This document shows, piece after piece, positions 1-13,322 of a stretch of DNA of 64,000 nt. The notes below the pieces were generated by a model that worked only from the letters and a program-made list of their open reading frames with translations, made no database searches and had not been told where the DNA came from. A program made the position numbers and the translations under genes. The DNA is from Camelus ferus (Eukaryota), in assembly GCF_009834535.1 (NCBI RefSeq), contig NC_045696.1:18540001-18604000 (forward strand). The letters are read 5' to 3'. Within the stretch, counting starts at the first letter, position 1. Every line of letters starts with the position of its first letter.

Positions 1-480
1 TAGTATAAATTCTTTTTAGTCCTAACCAAATCTAACTACCTTATTTTCAAGTGGATTACCAAGTCACCAGATGATAGCAAGATGTTAAAATAATCATATG
101 ATCTTCAGATACCCTGGTTTCTGACTCTGATTTCTGATTACAAATTTACATTTTTTTAGTCTACTTCTTTCTCATGTGAAATTTAGTTATTGTGAGCCAA
201 ATTCCACACTAAGAGGAGTCTCTGGGTCATACATTATAGAGATCAACAGTATTATCCAGATACAACATAATCTAGATCTTACAGGCATACCTCAGAGATA
301 TTGCAGGTTCAGTTCCCAACTATCACAATGAAGCACATATTGTAATAATGCCAGTCACACAATTGTTTTGGTTTCTCAGTTCATATAAAAGTTATATTTA
401 CAATATAGTCTACTAAGGGTGCGATAGCATTGTGTCTAAGAAAACAATGTACATACCTCCAATTAAAAATACTTTATTGC

Positions 481-897
481 AAAAAAAAGGTTTTTTAAAC
501 ATAAATCAATAAAAAAGAAAAGAAAAAAAAGAAAAAAGGAAAACACAACCTATAATCACATGCTTTAAATTCTCAGTTATGAACCAAAATTTGGTAGAGC
601 AAGCCATGTCTTTTAGCACTTACAATGTTATCAGTGATTCATTAATTAAGGGTTGCTATCTTTTGACTCAGATTTAGAGGATGTGATAGAAACATAAATC
701 ATATACCACATTGTGATTACTTATTTGCCTATTTACATCTGTTCGACTGAAAACTCTGGGGCAAAAAACTAAAATCACATTTTTCTCATCTTTGTTCCTA
801 CAACCTGCCTTATTTGTAACTAATATTAAATGCTCTGTAAATGCTCCTGAATGAAACAATAAAACAACAAAAAATTAAGGGCATAAAACAAAACAAA
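481..897 (+). mobile_element. L1-mediated retroposed insertion (probable orphan 3' transduction)
   Basis: 16-bp TSD AAAAATACTTTATTGC at 465-480 and 898-913, TT/AAAA endonuclease site, AATAAA at 858-863, A-rich 3' tail and an A-rich 5' block at 481-543. Confidence 0.85.
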
Positions 898-1886
898 AAA
901 AATACTTTATTGCTAAAAAATCATCCAATCCTTCAGTAGGTCATAATCTCTTTGCTGGCTGATGGTCTTGCCTAGATGCTGATGGCTGCTGACTGATGCT
1001 GATGACTGATCAGGGTGGTAGTGGCTGAAGGCTGGGGTGGCTGTGGCAATTTCTTAATATAAGATAAAAATACAGCTTGCCACATCAGCTGACTTTTCTT
1101 TTCACAAATAATTTGTCTGTAGCATGTGATGCTGTTTGATAGCATTCTACCTAGAGTCGAACTTTCAAAATTGGGATCAGTCCTCTCAAACCCTGCTGCT
1201 GCTTTATCAACCTACGTTGATGTAATATCCCAAATCGGTGGCTGTCATTTCAGCATTGCTCACAGCATCTTCACCAGGAGTAAATTTCATCTCAAGAAAC
1301 CACCTTCTTTGCTCGTCCAAAGAAGAAGCTCCTCATCCCTGAAAGTTTTGTCATGAGAGTGCAACAATGCAGTTAAGTGTTCAGGCTCCACTTCTCATTC
1401 TAGCTCTCTTGCTATTTCTACCACATCTGCAGTTCCTTCCTTCACTGACATCTTGAACTTCTTAAAGTCATCTATGAGGGTTGGAATCAACTTCTTCCAA
1501 ACTCCTGTCAATGTTAATGTTTTTTTTTTTTTTAACTCTTCCCATGAATTTTAAACATTCTTAATGGCATCTATAATGGGGAAGCATTTCCAGGAAGGTT
1601 TAAATTGACTTTGCCCAGATCCATCAGAGGAATCTATCAATGGAAGTCATAACCTTACAAAATATATTTCTTAAATAATAAGACTTGAGAGTCAAAATTA
1701 CCCCTTGATCCATGGGATTCAGAATGGATGTTGCATTAGCAAGCATGAAAACAACATCAATCTAATTGTATGTCTCCATTAGAACTCTTGAGTGAGCAGG
1801 TGCTTTGTAATTAAGCAGTCATATTTTGAAAGGGGTTGTTTTTCTGGGCAGTAAGTCTGAACAGGGGGCTTAAACTATTCAGTACA

Positions 1887-2126
1887 CTATGTTACAAACA
1901 GATGTACTGTCATCCAGATTTTGTTGTTCCACTTATAGAACACAAGCATAATTAATTTAGCATAATTCTTGAGGGCTCTAGGTTTTTTGAAATGGTAATT
2001 AAACATTACCTTCAACTTAAGGTCACCTGCTGTATTAGTCCCTAACAGGAGAGACAGTGTGTCCTTTGAAGCTTTGAAGCCAGGCATTGACTTCTCTTCT
2101 CTAGCTATGAAAGTCCTAGGTAGCAT
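1887..2126 (-). pseudogene. Tigger1 transposase fragment (DDE domain region), disrupted
   Basis: The [40 protein letters not shown]...PRALKNYAK...[10 protein letters not shown] matches the recalled Tigger1 transposase. Flanking frames contain stops. Confidence 0.92.
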
Positions 2127-3319
2127 CTTTTTCTAATAGAAGATCATGCCAGCTACATTGAAAACCTGTTGTTTGATGTAGCCACCTTCATTAATAATCT
2201 TAGCTAGACCTTCTGGATAACTTGCTACAGCTTCTGCATCAGCATTTGGTGCTTCACTTTGTACTTCGGTTTTCTGGAGACATTTTCTTTTCTTAAACCT
2301 CATGAACCTCCCTCTGCTGCTTTGGACTATTCTTCTGAAGCTTCCTCATTACCCTCAAGCTTTGTAGAATTGCAGAGGGTTAGAGCCTTGCTCTAGCTTT
2401 GGCTTTGGCTTGAGGGAATGTTGTGGCTCGTTTGACCTTCTACCCATCCTGCTAAAACTTTCTCCATATCAGCAATGAGTTGGTTTTAGAGACTTTGAGG
2501 AAGAAGGTTGATGGAGAATTCTATGGGATCTGAGAGATGGAAAGGAACTTAGAAATCATAAGACTTGGGTACCCACTGGCTTATAAAGTTCCCTTTGTGC
2601 CAGTTAGGAGCAGCAGAGCTTCCAATCTTTATGGAACAGAAAAAAGGGGGCAATAATGATTGCATATCATTCTTGAAGCTCACAGAGTTAGATACAGGAT
2701 GGTCCAAAATGGAAATTTACATCTGAACTATTGGATAATTATAATTCTACAGACATTTTCATTTAAGACTAAACATTATATACTAGTTAACTTATTAGTG
2801 AGTTATTAAGATTCATTAAATCTTGAATTAAAGGTATAAAATAAATTCTGTATTATTAATATACTGAGAAGAGTGTCAGCTAAATAATGTTGAAAATATC
2901 CTAAAACACACCAGCAAACTGGTATAATAAAGATTTTGTTTTGAGTTGGCCATGTTTACCATTGATACTCTTGTTGCATTTTAGATAATAAATTCCAATC
3001 AGTTGCACCTTTGCTTTTCAATTTGTTTTATTAAGATGATTTTGTTAACTCCTGATAGATATCTATATCTGTAATATTTTGGTCTATATTTATCATATAA
3101 CCAGATTTTAGTGCAATCATGCATTAAATGAGATCAAAGACGTACCTTCAGGTATATTTTAGTAATAAAACTGTTAGAGAGGAAAGTAAAGTTCACTAAA
3201 ATAACCAACATGAAAATACAATGTTTAATATTTGATTTAAATTTCTCTTTCTATTCAAATGTTTGTTTTATAGTAACATCACTACTATAGGAAAAATTTA
3301 AATGATACGTGTGACACAT

Positions 3320-3567
3320 GCTTTAAGTGATGATAACTACATGTCAGGTATTAGTCTAAGTGCTTAGTATATACTGACATATTTAAAACTCACATGATTG
3401 ATCTCATGGAACAGTTATGTCATCTTTTTCATTTTAGTGGGATGGAATCTGAGTCATGAGATGTTTAGTAGTTTTCACAATATCACATGACGCTAAATTC
3501 TGGAGTTCAGTTTAAAACATAGGCAGTGTAATTAAAGAACCCAAACTCTTTATCAGTGTGCTACACT
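3320..3567 (-). mobile_element. MIR SINE, highly diverged
   Basis: MIR core-like segment (cattttagtgggatggaatctgagtcatgagatgtttagtagttttcacaatatcacatg). Confidence 0.6.
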
Positions 3568-4449
3568 AGATATTAGAATTATATTTTTGGTAATAATTTA
3601 TATAATAGAAAACTACTCATAATTAATTAATGCATCATCATAAAATAAAATGTACACAGTATATACATAGTAAAGTTAATAGATAAATTATAAAAGGAAC
3701 TCACCATTAAAATGAAGAGAAAGCAATCTAAATCAGTAATTAACAATAGACAATATATAACATTAAGCAAAAGTGTAACAATATTTATGATAAATAAGAA
3801 TACACATGCCATTATTACTCATTTGTATCACTCCCGTAACTCAGATTTAACAGCGCAGAAATTTCTGGTCAGAAATTTACTAACAGATTATTTATTCTGT
3901 CATATCTTTACAGTCTTCTAATGCAATTAAATTATCTTACAGAGAAATACTGGCAGTTACAGGTACAAACCCACTTGAAATTTTGATTCAATAAAATCAT
4001 AAAAACTAAAATTTAAGTTTGAGGAGTTGGGAAATACTTTTGCTAGATCTGATAGATAATTTGGAAATATTTTAATAGAAATTTATTCAAATTCAGAATA
4101 AATATGGTTGTTAACCAAACGTAAATAATCAAAAGATTTATTATCAGTAACAAAAGAAAAAGTCATTGTAGGAAATAAATAGAAATAGAAAGAATGTTAT
4201 AAATTAAATGGCATCTAGCACTGGAGTGATTCATTGTCCCAGTAAAAAGTTTAGTACATTTTCATTGCCAATAATCTCAGATCCCACAGAAAGCAATGTG
4301 GTAAGATAATTTGGGGGCTAAAACTTTTATTGTATGACAAGATTTGGACATCTCATCGTTACAAATTCATAGAATAAATTAAGAAGATAAGAAAAACTTA
4401 ATATTCACAGATAATTGTGTTATGCAAAATTTAAAATATTTCAAGATTA

Positions 4450-4795
4450 TTGGTGGTTGCCAGAGGCGGTGGTTGGGGGTAGATAAGCAAAATGTGTGGA
4501 GGGAGTCAACGGTACAAACTTCTAGTTGTAAAATAAATACATCATGGGGTTGTAATGTGCAGCATGACAGCTATGATTAATAATACTGTATTACATATTT
4601 GAAAGTTGCTAGGAGAGTAAATTTTAAAAGTTCTCTTCACAAGAAAAAAATTGTAATTATGTTAGGGGATGGATGTTCACTAGACTATGGTGATCATTTT
4701 GCAGCATATACAATACTTAGCCATTGACTCCTACACCTAAGACTAGTGTAACGTGTGTCAATTATACCTCAATAAATATAAATTTAAAAAATAAA
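4450..4795 (+). mobile_element. L1 3' UTR fragment (L1MA9-like)
   Basis: tggtggttgccagagg...ggtacaaacttctagttgtaaaataaat...gaaagttgctaggagagtaaattttaaaagttctc...tcaattatacctcaataaa. Confidence 0.85.
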
Positions 4796-7688
4796 ACACA
4801 AAATAGTTCAGTGTACATGATCTTAGCTTCAACACTATGGATTCAATGGTATGTATTATTGTACTTTATCCCAGAAGAACATTACATAATTATTGTATTA
4901 ATATTAGGAATTCGAAATAAAAACAGTGAAAATATATAATTACATATCTAAAAGTCTGTATACATGTTAATAAGAAAAGAAAGCATTAGGCCAGTTAAAT
5001 AATGAATGAAGATTTTTCTTGCTGTAAATGACATTTAAATTTAGCGAAAAAGTAAAAACTTACACAGTTGATGAACATATACACAATGTAGCCCTCTATA
5101 CATGTGCCTCAATATTCTTATGATGTTCTTTCCACAAATGTAGAGAAAAGGGTACTAGAGGCAGTCATTTCACATAGTGAAAAATTATAATTCACTACAA
5201 TTCATGTTAAAGTGAATTTATTTTGGACATTGTAACCATGCATTGTACTATGCATTACTAGCATAGATGAGAACTAGTACAATTATATTAAATTGCCACC
5301 AAAACAGCTCTCAGGGTGTAAATGTGCATACTATGATTTTTAATGATAAATCTTATGATAGAAATTTTAAGACAAAATCTTGCCTAGGCTTTTCTTTATC
5401 CATGGTCCCATCAGAATATAATAGCTGAAATTTTTCATCTTTTTTGATTCTCTTGTCTAGAGCTGGTCTAGTCTATCTATTTATATTAATTACAGCTAAT
5501 ATATATACATATACATTGTACAGTTTAAATAGCACATAACAAATATGTCTCTATCTTTATACAAGTTGATAGTAAAATTTTTATGTTGAATTTATAAACT
5601 CGATATATACTGGTATGCAGAAAACTACATACATTTCATATTTATTAAGCTCATGCTATCCCATAAGCACAATGAATAAGTCACTTTTCAGATTCTGACT
5701 TCAAATATATGATTTTTGGCCTTTGAGGGTGGTCACATTTTGTCCTGGCCAAGTCCTGGTCCTTTGCTGTGGTGTAATGTTCGCAGAGTCTGGCAATGTG
5801 TAGGCCATGACTGAATTTGTTCTATTTCAATGGTGTGCATTAAATTGCCCTAGTGCACCTTGGGTTCTTACAATCAATAAACATGATTAATATGTCTAAA
5901 AATGACAGTCTGTTTTAAAAATAGCACTATAAGTCACTGCTTAGGTTGAATATATCTTTTGAAATTAGCAGGTGAGTATTTTCTGTAGGTGATGATTAAG
6001 GTGGCTATTCTGGGAAAATGACAACATATAAATTGATCTCAGAGAAGAAGGCATGGATATCTTTTTCCAATTAATGTCAGCACATCTTGACCCTTCTGTT
6101 TATATGACAAATAACCAACATAGGTCTCATTTGTAACAATGACCTATTTTAAGAGAGCACATGACTAAAGAAAAATGCAGAGCAAAGCATTAGTCCTAGT
6201 AGCTGTCCTCATTTGCTAAAAACACACAGAAGAGCTTTTTATCCTAAAAAAAAAAACCAAAAAACTACCCATCTTAAAAAAAATTTTTGTAATATTGTGA
6301 TCCCATTATTGTTTTGTTAATTCAAAACTATATCCCACCTAAGTGAATTTGTCCAAATATTTATTCCATTTTATCAGTAATACAATAGCTCTAGAAAGCA
6401 AATAGAGATATCTCTGCTAATTTTTATTTGTGACAAGATTTAATAACACAAAGGTATCAGATTTTCTTTGTAATAGTGCAAGCCATAAACCTAAAAAAAA
6501 AAAAATCCTTTAAAAATAATACAACTTAATACAACTGTATTAAGTTTGTATATGTTGCTGAGGAAATTTTAATTACTCATCTGACATAGTTTCAGCCTAA
6601 ATTACATGAAGTGTATTTAATTATTCATTGAATACTATCAGAATTTCACCAGATCCAAATTGTGCATGCATCATTCCTATTACCACCCATTTTCAAGTAC
6701 CAAGTAGAGGAGACTTAAGTGAACAATACACTAAACAGATAAACACTCAGAAAAACATTTCTTAAACATCTATTATAGGAAAAGTATTGAAGGAAATGAT
6801 TGAATAGAGAATGATAAAATTTTTTGTTCACTGGTTGCCTGGTTTTCATCTTTTCAGTGTGCAGTAAGTTGTTTGATTAGTTTTCTGTGAAAAAAATCTA
6901 CTAAAGTTTTAAAAGAATGTACTGAGTTAGTTATCAGAGTAGTAACACATAATCTTATAAGAAAATCTCAAAAATGCAAATGAGAAGAGTGCATGGCAAA
7001 TTTACTAATTCAGTCGTTGCTTAAGGATAAGTTCCAATAAAAACAAATAAAAGTCAATAAAAAGTTCCAAAAAATAAAAGTGGCTGCTTGTGTTATTTAG
7101 TTTTCCTTTTTACAGATTTTTCTCTGAGTATAAAAAAAGTTAGGAGTTTTCTAACAGACAATGCTTAATTCACTGTTTGTATGTGTATGTGCTTTAATGA
7201 TAGAATAAAGCATAGGAGTGGTGAATGCTAAAAGATATTCTATAAAATAAAAATCAGAACCATGATTTAAAAAGAGTTTTGGTGGCAAAGCTGATGGTGC
7301 TAAGAAACGCAGTTAAAATTTAGTATGGATCAAGTTCCCATATTGTGGTCAAAAACAAATGACCTGTACAGGACTGACTACCAAGGGTACTAGTTGACAG
7401 CAATCTGCATCATTTCACAAATGTACTGACTGTCGTAAAGTCCAGGCAGTCTAGTCTGGGGTGTAGAAGTCCAGGATTCATAACTACTGAAGTTCTTTTT
7501 CTGGAATCCTATCTTGAACATTTTTTTTAAGCTGATTTGCAAAATTGGATGTTCTCAGATAAACCTAGGCAGGGGATTAGAAATCTAAAGCCCTTGGCAT
7601 TAAGTGTAGTGGAATGAAACAATGTGCAACATTGGAAAAAATAAAACCAAACAAACCAACCCTGAAAACAACAATCATTCAATGAGAT

Positions 7689-8093
7689 TGCTGGTTTGCA
7701 ACCTCTGGGGAATTCCCCAGGTGAAATCTGAAACTGGTGCCCCCGACCCGGAAGGCAAGAGAAACTGAAGAAAGAGATACTCCAGATTGGCGGCGGCTGT
7801 TTTAATGAACAAGGAAATTTACATACAAGGTTTCTCTCCGTGCCAGGAAGCAGATCTCCGCACCCGCCCGCCAGCATCTTCAAAGTTTGCATAGCGTTCT
7901 TGACTAGGTCCAGTCATATATTCTGGCCGGATGGTCTCAACAGCACCTTACTGTCTCAAGGCTATGTATGTCCTTGGAACTGGCTGCTAGGGGACTAGTA
8001 GACCGTAGGTGGGAGGTTGTTCTAAGGACAGCGGGGCGGGTCGGGCTCCTGGGTCAGCAGGCAGTGGTGTCCTCTCCGTGACCTCCTCCAGCA
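7689..8093 (-). mobile_element. Solo ERV LTR (405 bp), same family as 33076-33497
   Basis: Termini TGCTGG...CCAGCA form a perfect inverted repeat. Perfect 5-bp TSD GAGAT at 7684-7688 and 8094-8098. Colinear similarity to 33076-33497; ATTAAA poly(A) signal on the - strand. Confidence 0.88.
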
Positions 8094-8202
8094 GAGATCG
8101 TCACGTATCTAAAGGACTGTTTCGTGAGAGAGCAGGAGCTGCTGTTCTGGGAGCACCGCTGGACCAAGGGCAGGAAGTTGTTGAAGCAGTTTTCTGCCGA
8201 AG
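7741..8202 (+). promoter_or_regulatory. CpG-retaining candidate promoter and first exon
   Basis: About 20 CpGs in a CpG-poor window, a GC box GGGGCGGG at 8033-8040, a CRE half-site CGTCA at 8099-8103 and a splice donor AAG|GTAGGA at 8202/8203. Confidence 0.45.
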
Positions 8203-9984
8203 GTAGGAACTGTTTTGCAATAATGAGAAAAACCATTTGAGATGAGTCATCTTGTGAGAAAATGTTTTCAAATATGTAGCACAGGCAATTCTTACCACAC
8301 TAAATATATGTTGTACCGAATGTCCTCTGATGTTCCTTTAATTCTACAGATCTATGATCAGTTTGCCTAACCACTGGATTGGTCAATTAACGTAAGGAAG
8401 TACGTTGTGAATGGTTCTTGAGTATTTATCCTTTGTCAGAAAAATTCAAAATCTTGCATTTTGCCTTTTTTTTTCAAATAGCCGTAGATAGTTAATTAAT
8501 TTAAAAAATCTGATAATTATCCAAGGCTAAAAAATGTGTTATATTTTACAACAATCTTTCAGGCTCTCAATGTTCATTATGAAATTGTTTTTCACATTTA
8601 ATTGTGTTCTAGTATGATTTTTAAAGGGCCTTTTACAGCCTCATGTTTCAGCTTGAGCAGCCAGATGTCACTGCGCTCTCCTTGCCACGCAAACTGGACA
8701 CTACTGTCTGTTGCTGTATATTGCATGTGTATCAGTCCTAACAAACACAACTGCATACCATGTTGATCAAAAATCTTGACAATGATTTTTGCCTGATACA
8801 ATTATGAATTTACACAAGCACAGTTTTCATGGCATTGTGATGTATCACTGACTGGCAGACTGCTACGGTCAGAGCTGTAAAATAGGAGAACATACTCGTT
8901 TAGGGATTTCTATCTTGGTTAGCCATTTGATGCTTCATTGATACCCAATTGTAGTATTTCAGTTGCCCAAAATGATTCCTGGAGTTGGTCATTTCATATG
9001 CTAGTCAATTAAAATGTCCGTGAGAAACGTCCCTCTCCTCAGAGAGGAGGATGTGGCTTTCTAACCAGAGTGTGCTGGGTCTGGCTGGGCCATTGGAGTT
9101 GTCTGAATAAAATCCTTTTTTGCTGGGATGGTGTGTTTCTGGAATTAAAATGTGGAGATCCCTGTACTTGAGTAGCAATGCTTTGGAGATCCTTCAGAAA
9201 TAGCCAGCTGCCAGAATTTTAACTTACACTGGTATACCAACCCTAAGGGAAATTCAGTATTAAAAGGGGGAACAAACAGAGATGTGGAGGGAAGAACATT
9301 CTTGCCCAGAGTGTGCTGTTTGCTTTTGGTAGTGTTCTTTTTGATTTTGGGGGTCTTAGAGGAAATGGAAAGAATTTCCTTAGGGTCAGTATTTTGGCAA
9401 GACAATCTGCAGATTTATGTGACTCAGATTTACTTCTAAAGTGATCTTTGTCTCCTCAGATTATTGCCAAGATTCTATGTTTGAAATGATAATTGGGCAT
9501 CTCTAGGCCACTGAGGAAATCAAGAATAGTAAAAATTATTCATGAAACTACATATTTGTTATTTATAAAGTTTTGTTAAAGTTTTCCCACTTTATGAATT
9601 CTATGGGTCCGTGTTTAATAATTTATCATGCATAAAATCTTGTAGGAAAAATATGAAACAGGTAGAAAGGGAGACATAGTAAGAAAATATAGTCTATAAT
9701 TTATTATTATCGCATTAGAGGAGTCTACGATCATTTCAATACCTGAAAATGTGTAAGAATAGTATTTTCATGCTATTGTAAGTAGGAAGTTAGAATAAAT
9801 ATTCATGAATTATTAAGTCTATGTCCTACATGTAGAAAAACTTATAAATTGTATATTACAAATTATGTATGTATAACTAATGTGTATATTAGATATTGTG
9901 TAATTTGGAGAGAAAATTCTGAAAAATTAAAATGAATCCTGTAAGTGGCTAAAAGTAAAGTGAAAATACATTTTTCAAACATAA

Positions 9985-10400
9985 ATAATTATTGGGTACT
10001 TCCTTCATATCAGCCATTGTGCTAGACTTAAGTTTTACAAAAGTGCATAAAATTGATACTCCTGCTTCACTCAGGAAGGTTTCAGTCTGAAGACAAAATG
10101 ATATGAAGCAAAAGAAATATCAGAATATTTGGTTCATGCTATGGCTGCAAACATAATCATATATTACAAAAGCACTAACTGAAGTCATCTGAGCAAAAGG
10201 GAAAAGGTAAAAGGGTGGTCACTGAACGCATTTTTGAAATACAAATACTATACAGAGATCAGGAGTAGGAGGTTGGAAATACTCTATGGAATGACTGAGG
10301 CTGAATGAATATAAGACAACAAGAAAAAACAGTGCTTATAAGAGTCCTTTGGAAGAATGGAATCATTCCTTGTGCCTGATCAATGAGCTTTGTTGAGCGG
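9985..10400 (-). mobile_element. L2 LINE 3' fragment, highly diverged
   Basis: ttattgggtacttcc...cagccattgtgctagac...ctcctgcttcactcaggaaggtttcagtct resembles the L2 3' end. Confidence 0.5.
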
Positions 10401-12114
10401 TTGTGAGATGACAAAGAGTGACTAAGGTCAGGCTTACAGACGTGAGCAGCACCCAGATCCCATAGAATCTCGGGAGCTGGATCTCCAGTGGTTTCTCTTC
10501 TCTTTTAAGGTGCTTCTTTCCTAAACAGAGAAGCTCACTGACTCTCCCCTCTGTCCTGTGATTATGCCCCCAGGACTGACTCCTACTAACTTAACTCTGA
10601 TGCCTTGGGTCTCAGTACTTGCCTGTTCAGCTCTAATTGATTTCTAACTTTCACCTTCAAGCAGATATTTTAAGTCTCTGTTTTCAAAAAGAAACGGCCC
10701 CTGCAAACTAAATTAGTATGCTATTATTACATCATCCATTTTATTGATGAAAATATTGAGCAACAGTATTAGATCTATGAAATAGTCTAAGCTTTTTGGG
10801 GCCAGTTGAAGAAATAATAAAATAATAATAATGATGGGCTGACAAAGCGACAGAAACAAATGATATAATATGGTTTTATGAAAGCAAGTGCGATCTGTGT
10901 TATCATTGGCCTGTATACCCTTATTCCAAAAATCTTACACAGCGTATTTATCTCAGCAATGCTGTACGAATACAAGTCATGCTATTTTGCTTTCACCTTA
11001 TTTATAGGACTTCAGATGATGCTAAATCTTAGCACTGGTGTTTCAGAAATATGTATATTCTTTGCATTAACGCAGAATTAAAAGAAAACTTACGACTTAC
11101 TTTTCAGTCTTTGACAACCATGAGTTCATTTGCTTCTGGGACTTCAGCCAGGAGGATGGTAATACTCAAATAATGTTATTTCCCTGTTGTGATATTTATT
11201 ATTCAATTAATTTTTTGATGCTTTCTTCTCCTATGGGTAGAAGTAGTAAGAAGTCCTTTAATTATTTTCTATTTCATAGAGAGCTGCTTTGGGTGATCTT
11301 AGAAAACAAATTCTAAGTAAGAAAATTAAAAAAAAAATTTTGATTCTACCTCTGCTCTTTAGTTCACGCTGAAAATATGGGTCAGCAAAACACTGATGAT
11401 TATGAAATTATTCAAGACTTTGTATCAAATTTTTATAATTTTATGATACTTAAGGTTTTGTTTTTATGCATGCAATTTAAAACTATGGTAACGAAATGTT
11501 GATTTTCTTCCAACGGGTTTAATTGCTATGACATTTCTTAGGCATCCTGGTCCATTCCTGATGACAGTGGTTACAAACACAGATTGATTAGAATTTTTCC
11601 TTTTTAAAAATGAAAACGTTTTGATAACAATAGAATTGATTGCATATTGATTTTATGTATCTGATCAGATGTCTGTGAAGTTGATTTGATGAAGTTACTG
11701 ATATGATCCAATATTAGGTCATAAATGGTAAGTCCCATTATTTTAAGTGCTTTAACCTTAGATTTAATCATTTATTTTGTAATATAGGTATAAAAGTTAC
11801 TCAAGTTCATATATTTGAAATAATGCACAATACTCCTCAGAACATACTCACATAGATTTAACAAAGGCGAATAATGTAATACAGCAAGAGGAGAGTTCAG
11901 GCAAATTTGGGCAGGCCCAAGAGACTTGGAGGCACACCTCCTCTGGGGTCTTCTTATTCTCACAAGGACTCGAGCCTTGTAATTGAACCAACAACATCTG
12001 TGTGATGAATTTGGCTTGGAGACAGCACGCGGAGGCAGATGTCCCCGTGGGGGCCTTTATGTCCCTCTAGTCATGTAGCCTAGACAGGCTAGAAAGTTAA
12101 AGCACAAATGATGG

Positions 12115-13322
12115 TGTGTTGGACTCCCCAAGAAAAACCCTCAGGCTCAATAATTTATTAGAAGAACTCACAGGACGCAGAGAAGCTGTCATTCTCATGG
12201 AGTAAATACAGTGTTAGTACAGTAAAATATTCAGATTCAAATAAACAAAGGGAAAAGACACTTGGGCCAGAGTCTAGGGGAGACCAGACACAAACTTCCA
12301 GGTGTCCTCTCCCAGTGGAACTGCTCAATGTGCTTAATTCTCCCAGCAATGCTATGTGACAGCACGTGTAAAGTGTTCTTTTTTTAAATTGAAATAGTCC
12401 ATTTACAATGTTAAGTTATGGTGTGCAGCATAGTGATTCATTTATACACACATATATATTCCTTTCCATATTCTTTTTCATTATAGGCTATTACAAAATA
12501 CTGAATATAGTTCCTTATGCTATACAGAAGGACCTTGTTGTTTATCTATTTTGTATATAGTAGTATCTGCAAATCCCAAACTCCAATTTATCCCTCCACC
12601 CCCTTTCCTCCCTGGTAACTGTTAGTTTGTTTTCTATATCTTTGAGTCTGTTTCTGTTTTGTAAATAAATTTGTGTCATTTTTTTTAGATGGCACATATA
12701 AGTGATATCATATGACATTTTCCTTTCTCTTTCTGTCTTATTTCATTGAGTATGTCAATTTCCAGGTCCATTCATGTTGCTGCAAATGGCATTATTTTAT
12801 TCCTTTTTAATGGCTGAGTAGTATTCCATTGTATATATATGTATGTGTATACTACAACTTCTTTATCTAATCATCTGTTGATGGACATTTAGCTTGCTTC
12901 CACGTCTTGGCTATTGTAAATAGTGTTGCTATGAACACCGGGGTGCATGTACCTTTTTAAATTAGAGTGTAAAGTGTTCTTAACCAAGAAAGCTAATCTG
13001 AGTCTGGGTGTCCTGGGTAGTTATTGGGGGTCAATAATTTATGCATGCTTGACCTCTGCTGGTTAGAGTCTAGCCCCCAGAGCAAAAAGCAGTCAGTCAC
13101 CATAGATAATGTTGTTAGCATAAACTATCTGGTCCAATTAGACGCTTGTGCCCAAAGGCCACAGGTGTCAAAAAGAAACACACTTATCAGGCAAAATATT
13201 TCAAGGGCTTAGAGCTCATGTCTTGCAAGCCAGGCAAAGGCCAGCTACAAAGACAGCCCCTTTCTTGGAAATGTGCAGTGTTTGAGCAACCCAGGCCTGC
13301 TGAGTTAAGTTTTTTCTACACA
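12115..13322 (-). mobile_element. Solo LTR of the MER21 group (MER68/MER77-like), split by an L1 insertion
   Basis: tgtgttggactcccc...gtgtcctctcccagtgga...aattctcccagcaa and gagcaacccaggcctgctgagttaa...ctacaca match recalled MER68/MER77 sequence. Confidence 0.85.
12381..12966 (-). mobile_element. 5'-truncated artiodactyl-type L1 (3' UTR plus end of ORF2)
   Basis: 15-bp TSD GTGTAAAGTGTTCTT at 12366-12380 and 12967-12981, T-tail, and typical L1 3' UTR. Confidence 0.93.

Larger units (their letters stand above)
282..2487 (-). mobile_element. Tigger1 DNA transposon (TcMar-Tigger/pogo), decayed and truncated at one end, interrupted by a retroposed insert
   Basis: Begins TA|CAGGCATACCTCAGAGATATTGCAGGTTCAGTTCC (Tigger1 terminal repeat after a TA target). 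Continuous Tigger1-like sequence runs to about 2487, and a transposase ORF remnant lies on the - strand. Confidence 0.95.

Noticed and set aside
7527..8298. Several ORFs overlapping the CpG-rich region
   Set aside because: Explained by higher GC content of the LTR and its flank; no recognisable protein.
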